Origin: an uncultured archaeon
GTDB taxonomy: Archaea; Asgardarchaeota; Lokiarchaeia; Sigyniarchaeales; SOKP01
Length of the DNA: 61,741 nt
Direction of reading: 5' to 3'
Assembly: GCA_964632315.1 (NCBI GenBank)
Contig: CAZWEM010000012.1
Span: forward strand, 1 to 61,741
The notes beneath the pieces are model-generated. The model ran no database searches. It had not been told where the DNA came from and was given only the letters and a program-made list of their open reading frames with translations. Positions 59,261 through 61,741 of this stretch are shown piece after piece (the first letter of the stretch is position 1; every line of letters starts with the position of its first letter). Position numbers and translations under genes: made by a program.

Positions 59261-59419
59261 AATTATCGTAGATTATTAGACTATTTACGATAATATTATA
59301 TCATTATAATAGATTTTTTTTCATCTAAATTTAACAATTTCCATCTCTTCAAATTTTTTTGAATGGTAATATAAGGTGAATTTTAAATAGAGAATAAATG
59401 AAATTATCATATTTAATAT

Positions 59420-59721
59420 AATTCTTAAGGAAATTCAATCACCTGAGTTGGATTACTATGAACTGCTATAGAAGGGAATTTGATCCTTGGATTACTAAAT
59501 TTGTGTTAAATGCGGGTGCTGAGTTAAAAACATCAACTTTAATCATATCTCTATTAAAAGAAGACGGAAAAGTTTGTGGTGTAATTGACGAGTTTAAAAA
59601 CAAATATGAGGCTCCCGTTGTTATTGGAGCGGATGGAGCAATATCTATGGTGGCAAGACAAAAGCCTAAGATACTGGAATTATTACCTAAGAAAAAAAAG
59701 TCAAGGAGGGATGGACTATAA
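59420..59721 (+). pseudogene. internal fragment of a FixC/geranylgeranyl-reductase-like flavoprotein
   Basis: YRREFDPW...AGAEL...VCGV...APVVIGADG; lacks the N-terminal GxGxxG and the C-terminal half. Confidence 0.65.
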
Positions 59722-59981
59722 ACTCAAATATATTGCTAAAACATATAATTGGTGATAAAAAATTCATCTCAATAGACCAAAACAAGTGCAATAAATGAAA
59801 ATTATGTTTTCTAGTTTGTATTGTCAACTTGTGGAGGAAGATTGATGATGAAATTACCATATCAGAATATTATAAAGAAAAGAGTTTAGATTGTGAAGCA
59901 TATTATCAAGTTTGTGAACCAGATGCTATTAATTTTCAATATCCTAAGGGTGGCACGGGAATAATATATGAAAAAGGATGA
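59711..59981 (+). pseudogene. decayed FixX-like ferredoxin
   Basis: ...FISIDQNKCNK*KLCFLVCIVNLW...KSLDCEAYYQVCEPDAINFQYPKGGTGIIYEKG*. FixX-type C-terminus, but with a frameshift, an internal TGA (59796) and lost cysteines. Confidence 0.65.
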
Positions 59982-60046
59982 GGATAAAACAGTTCAAAAT
60001 ACTACTTACTTATTTTATATTGTAAAAAAAAGAGAGTTAAGAATCT

Positions 60047-61741
60047 CTATAATTCTATTTTTCCGATTTTTTTAAATGATATTTCTTTATTTTCAAGATC
60101 CACTTCAATTAAATCCTCATCTGAAAACCTTTCCTCCAATAGTTTAAGGGAGAGTGGATTTTGGATGTAATTTTGGATGGCTCTTTTCAATGGACGGGCT
60201 CCATAATCTGGATCAAATCCTTTTTCAGCTAAAAATTCTTTCGCTTTCTCCGTTAGGACCAGCTTTATTTTATGATCTAGAAGAGTTTTATTTAACCTAT
60301 CAATTTGGATATCAACTATATTCTTAATTTGATCTTTTTTCAAGAAATTGAATATAACAACCTCATCAACCCTATTCAGAAACTCTGGTCTAAAGTATTG
60401 CTTTAACGTATTTAGAATAACTTCTTGATTTTTCTGGTCGTCTTGACCCCTAGATTCCAAAATAAATTGACTCCCAACATTACTAGTCATAATTATTATC
60501 GTATTTTTAAAATCAACTGTCCTCCCATGACCATCAGTTAAACGTCCATCATCAAGGATTTGGAGTAATACATTAAAGACATCTTGATGAGCTTTTTCAA
60601 TCTCATCAAATAAAATTACAGAGTAAGGCCTCCTCCTCACAGCTTCAGTTAGATACCCACCCTCATCGTATCCCACGTACCCAGGAGGCGCTCCAATCAA
60701 TCTAGCTACACTATGACGTTCCATAAACTCGGACATATCAATTCTAATCATCGCATTTTCATCGTCAAAAAGAAATTCTGCTAAAGTTTTTGCAGTTTCA
60801 GTCTTTCCAACTCCTGTTGGACCCATAAAGATAAAGGAACCAATGGGTCTGTTTGGGTCTTGAATACCAGCTCGAGCTCTTCTTATTGCATTAGAGATTT
60901 TACTTAATGCCTCATCTTGCCCAACAACTCGTGCTTTTAACCGTTGTTCCATTTTCAATAATTTTTCCCGTTCACCTTCCAACATTCTTGAAACGGGTAT
61001 TCCTGTCCATTGTGAAATTATTTTTGCAATATCTTCTGCATCAACTTCTTGTTTTAGCATCGTTTTATTTTTTTGAATTTCTTCTAATTCTCGATTATTT
61101 TTTTCTAAGTCTTTAATTAACTGATTTAATACTCCGTATGTGAGCTCAGCAGCTTTTTCTAAGTCTCCCCTCTTTTCTGCTCTCTCGGCTTCAATTTTAG
61201 TTTGTTCCATATTTTTCTTGATCTCGTTGATTCTTGAAATTATTTCCTTTTCATTTTTCCATTGAATCTTCAGTTTATCACTTTCTTCTCTCAGATTATT
61301 TAATTCTTCTTCTATTTTCTCCATTTTCTCTTTAATGGTCTTTCCAGTTTCTTTCTTAAGCGCTTCTTTTTGAATCTCTAGTTGTATAATCTTTCTTTCT
61401 ATTTCATCAATTTCCGTCGGCATACTGTCAATTTCTATTCTCAATCTCGAAGCTGCCTCGTCCATAAGGTCTATTGCTTTATCTGGTAAAAACCTATCGG
61501 CTATATATCTGTGAGACAAGGTAACAGCGGCTATTATAGCCGAATCTGTAATGCGGACTCCATGGTGAATTTCATATTTCTCTTTTAGTCCTCTTAAAAT
61601 AGCAATAGAATCCTCTACTGAGGGTTCTGCAACAAAAACAGTTTGAAACCTACGCGTTAATGCCGCATCTTTTTCAATATATTTTCTATACTCATCTAAG
61701 GTCGTCGCTCCAATTGCCCGCAATTCTCCACGAGCTAAGGC
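60047..61741 (-). CDS. clpB: ATP-dependent chaperone ClpB (C-terminal part; start lies beyond the window)
   Basis: [30 protein letters not shown], long middle coiled coil, GPTGVGKTE and [12 protein letters not shown]. Confidence 0.95.
   Translation of the reverse strand, partial: ALARGELRAIGATTLDEYRKYIEKDAALTRRFQTVFVAEPSVEDSIAILRGLKEKYEIHHGVRITDSAIIAAVTLSHRYIADRFLPDKAIDLMDEAASRLRIEIDSMPTEIDEIERKIIQLEIQKEALKKETGKTIKEKMEKIEEELNNLREESDKLKIQWKNEKEIISRINEIKKNMEQTKIEAERAEKRGDLEKAAELTYGVLNQLIKDLEKNNRELEEIQKNKTMLKQEVDAEDIAKIISQWTGIPVSRMLEGEREKLLKMEQRLKARVVGQDEALSKISNAIRRARAGIQDPNRPIGSFIFMGPTGVGKTETAKTLAEFLFDDENAMIRIDMSEFMERHSVARLIGAPPGYVGYDEGGYLTEAVRRRPYSVILFDEIEKAHQDVFNVLLQILDDGRLTDGHGRTVDFKNTIIIMTSNVGSQFILESRGQDDQKNQEVILNTLKQYFRPEFLNRVDEVVIFNFLKKDQIKNIVDIQIDRLNKTLLDHKIKLVLTEKAKEFLAEKGFDPDYGARPLKRAIQNYIQNPLSLKLLEERFSDEDLIEVDLENKEISFKKIGKIEL

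Noticed and set aside
59796-59798. In-frame TGA at a cysteine position (CNK*) of the FixX-like ferredoxin as possible selenocysteine
   Set aside because: The same frame has other Cys losses (SLDCEAY for CxxCxxC), a frameshift near the start and a truncated upstream gene; pseudogenisation explains it better.
1648-61116. Numerous short antisense or overlapping ORFs in the track (e.g. 1648-1893, 10899-11258, 11997-12383, 13359-13766, 41787-43979 set, 58295-58906 set, 60907-61116)
   Set aside because: They are shadow ORFs overlapping well-supported genes, with no motifs and a composition mirroring the sense-strand codon bias.

Overview
AT-rich (roughly 30% GC by eye) archaeal chromosomal segment, most consistent with an Asgard archaeon of the Lokiarchaeia type. 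This is an inference from a Rab-like small GTPase, a proteasome alpha subunit, RFC, PolB2, ClpB, paired long-chain acyl-CoA ligases and GGTGA-type Shine-Dalgarno motifs. About 45 CDS cover metabolism (aminotransferase, an ADPS-like FAD oxidase/CCG Fe-S protein/FGGY kinase cluster, FBA class II, PepT), DNA replication and repair (PolB2 cassette split by a metabolic insert; RFC with two different small subunits plus a large subunit), a 3270-aa polytopic membrane protein and a 1575-aa helical repeat protein. No rRNA, tRNA, CRISPR array or transposase was seen. The strongest unexplained signal is a ~720-nt ORF-free, promoter-preceded, extensively base-paired region at ~16610-17335 (+). It looks like a large multi-domain non-coding RNA in the size class of the bacterial ROOL/GOLLD/OLE RNAs and does not show the RNase P, SRP or intron signatures I looked for. 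Also notable: a bistable, switch-like structured leader (~2850-3030, - strand) ahead of a small ORF, and four 14-bp palindromic boxes upstream of a tandem winged-helix gene. All RNA pairings were read by eye and not computed.
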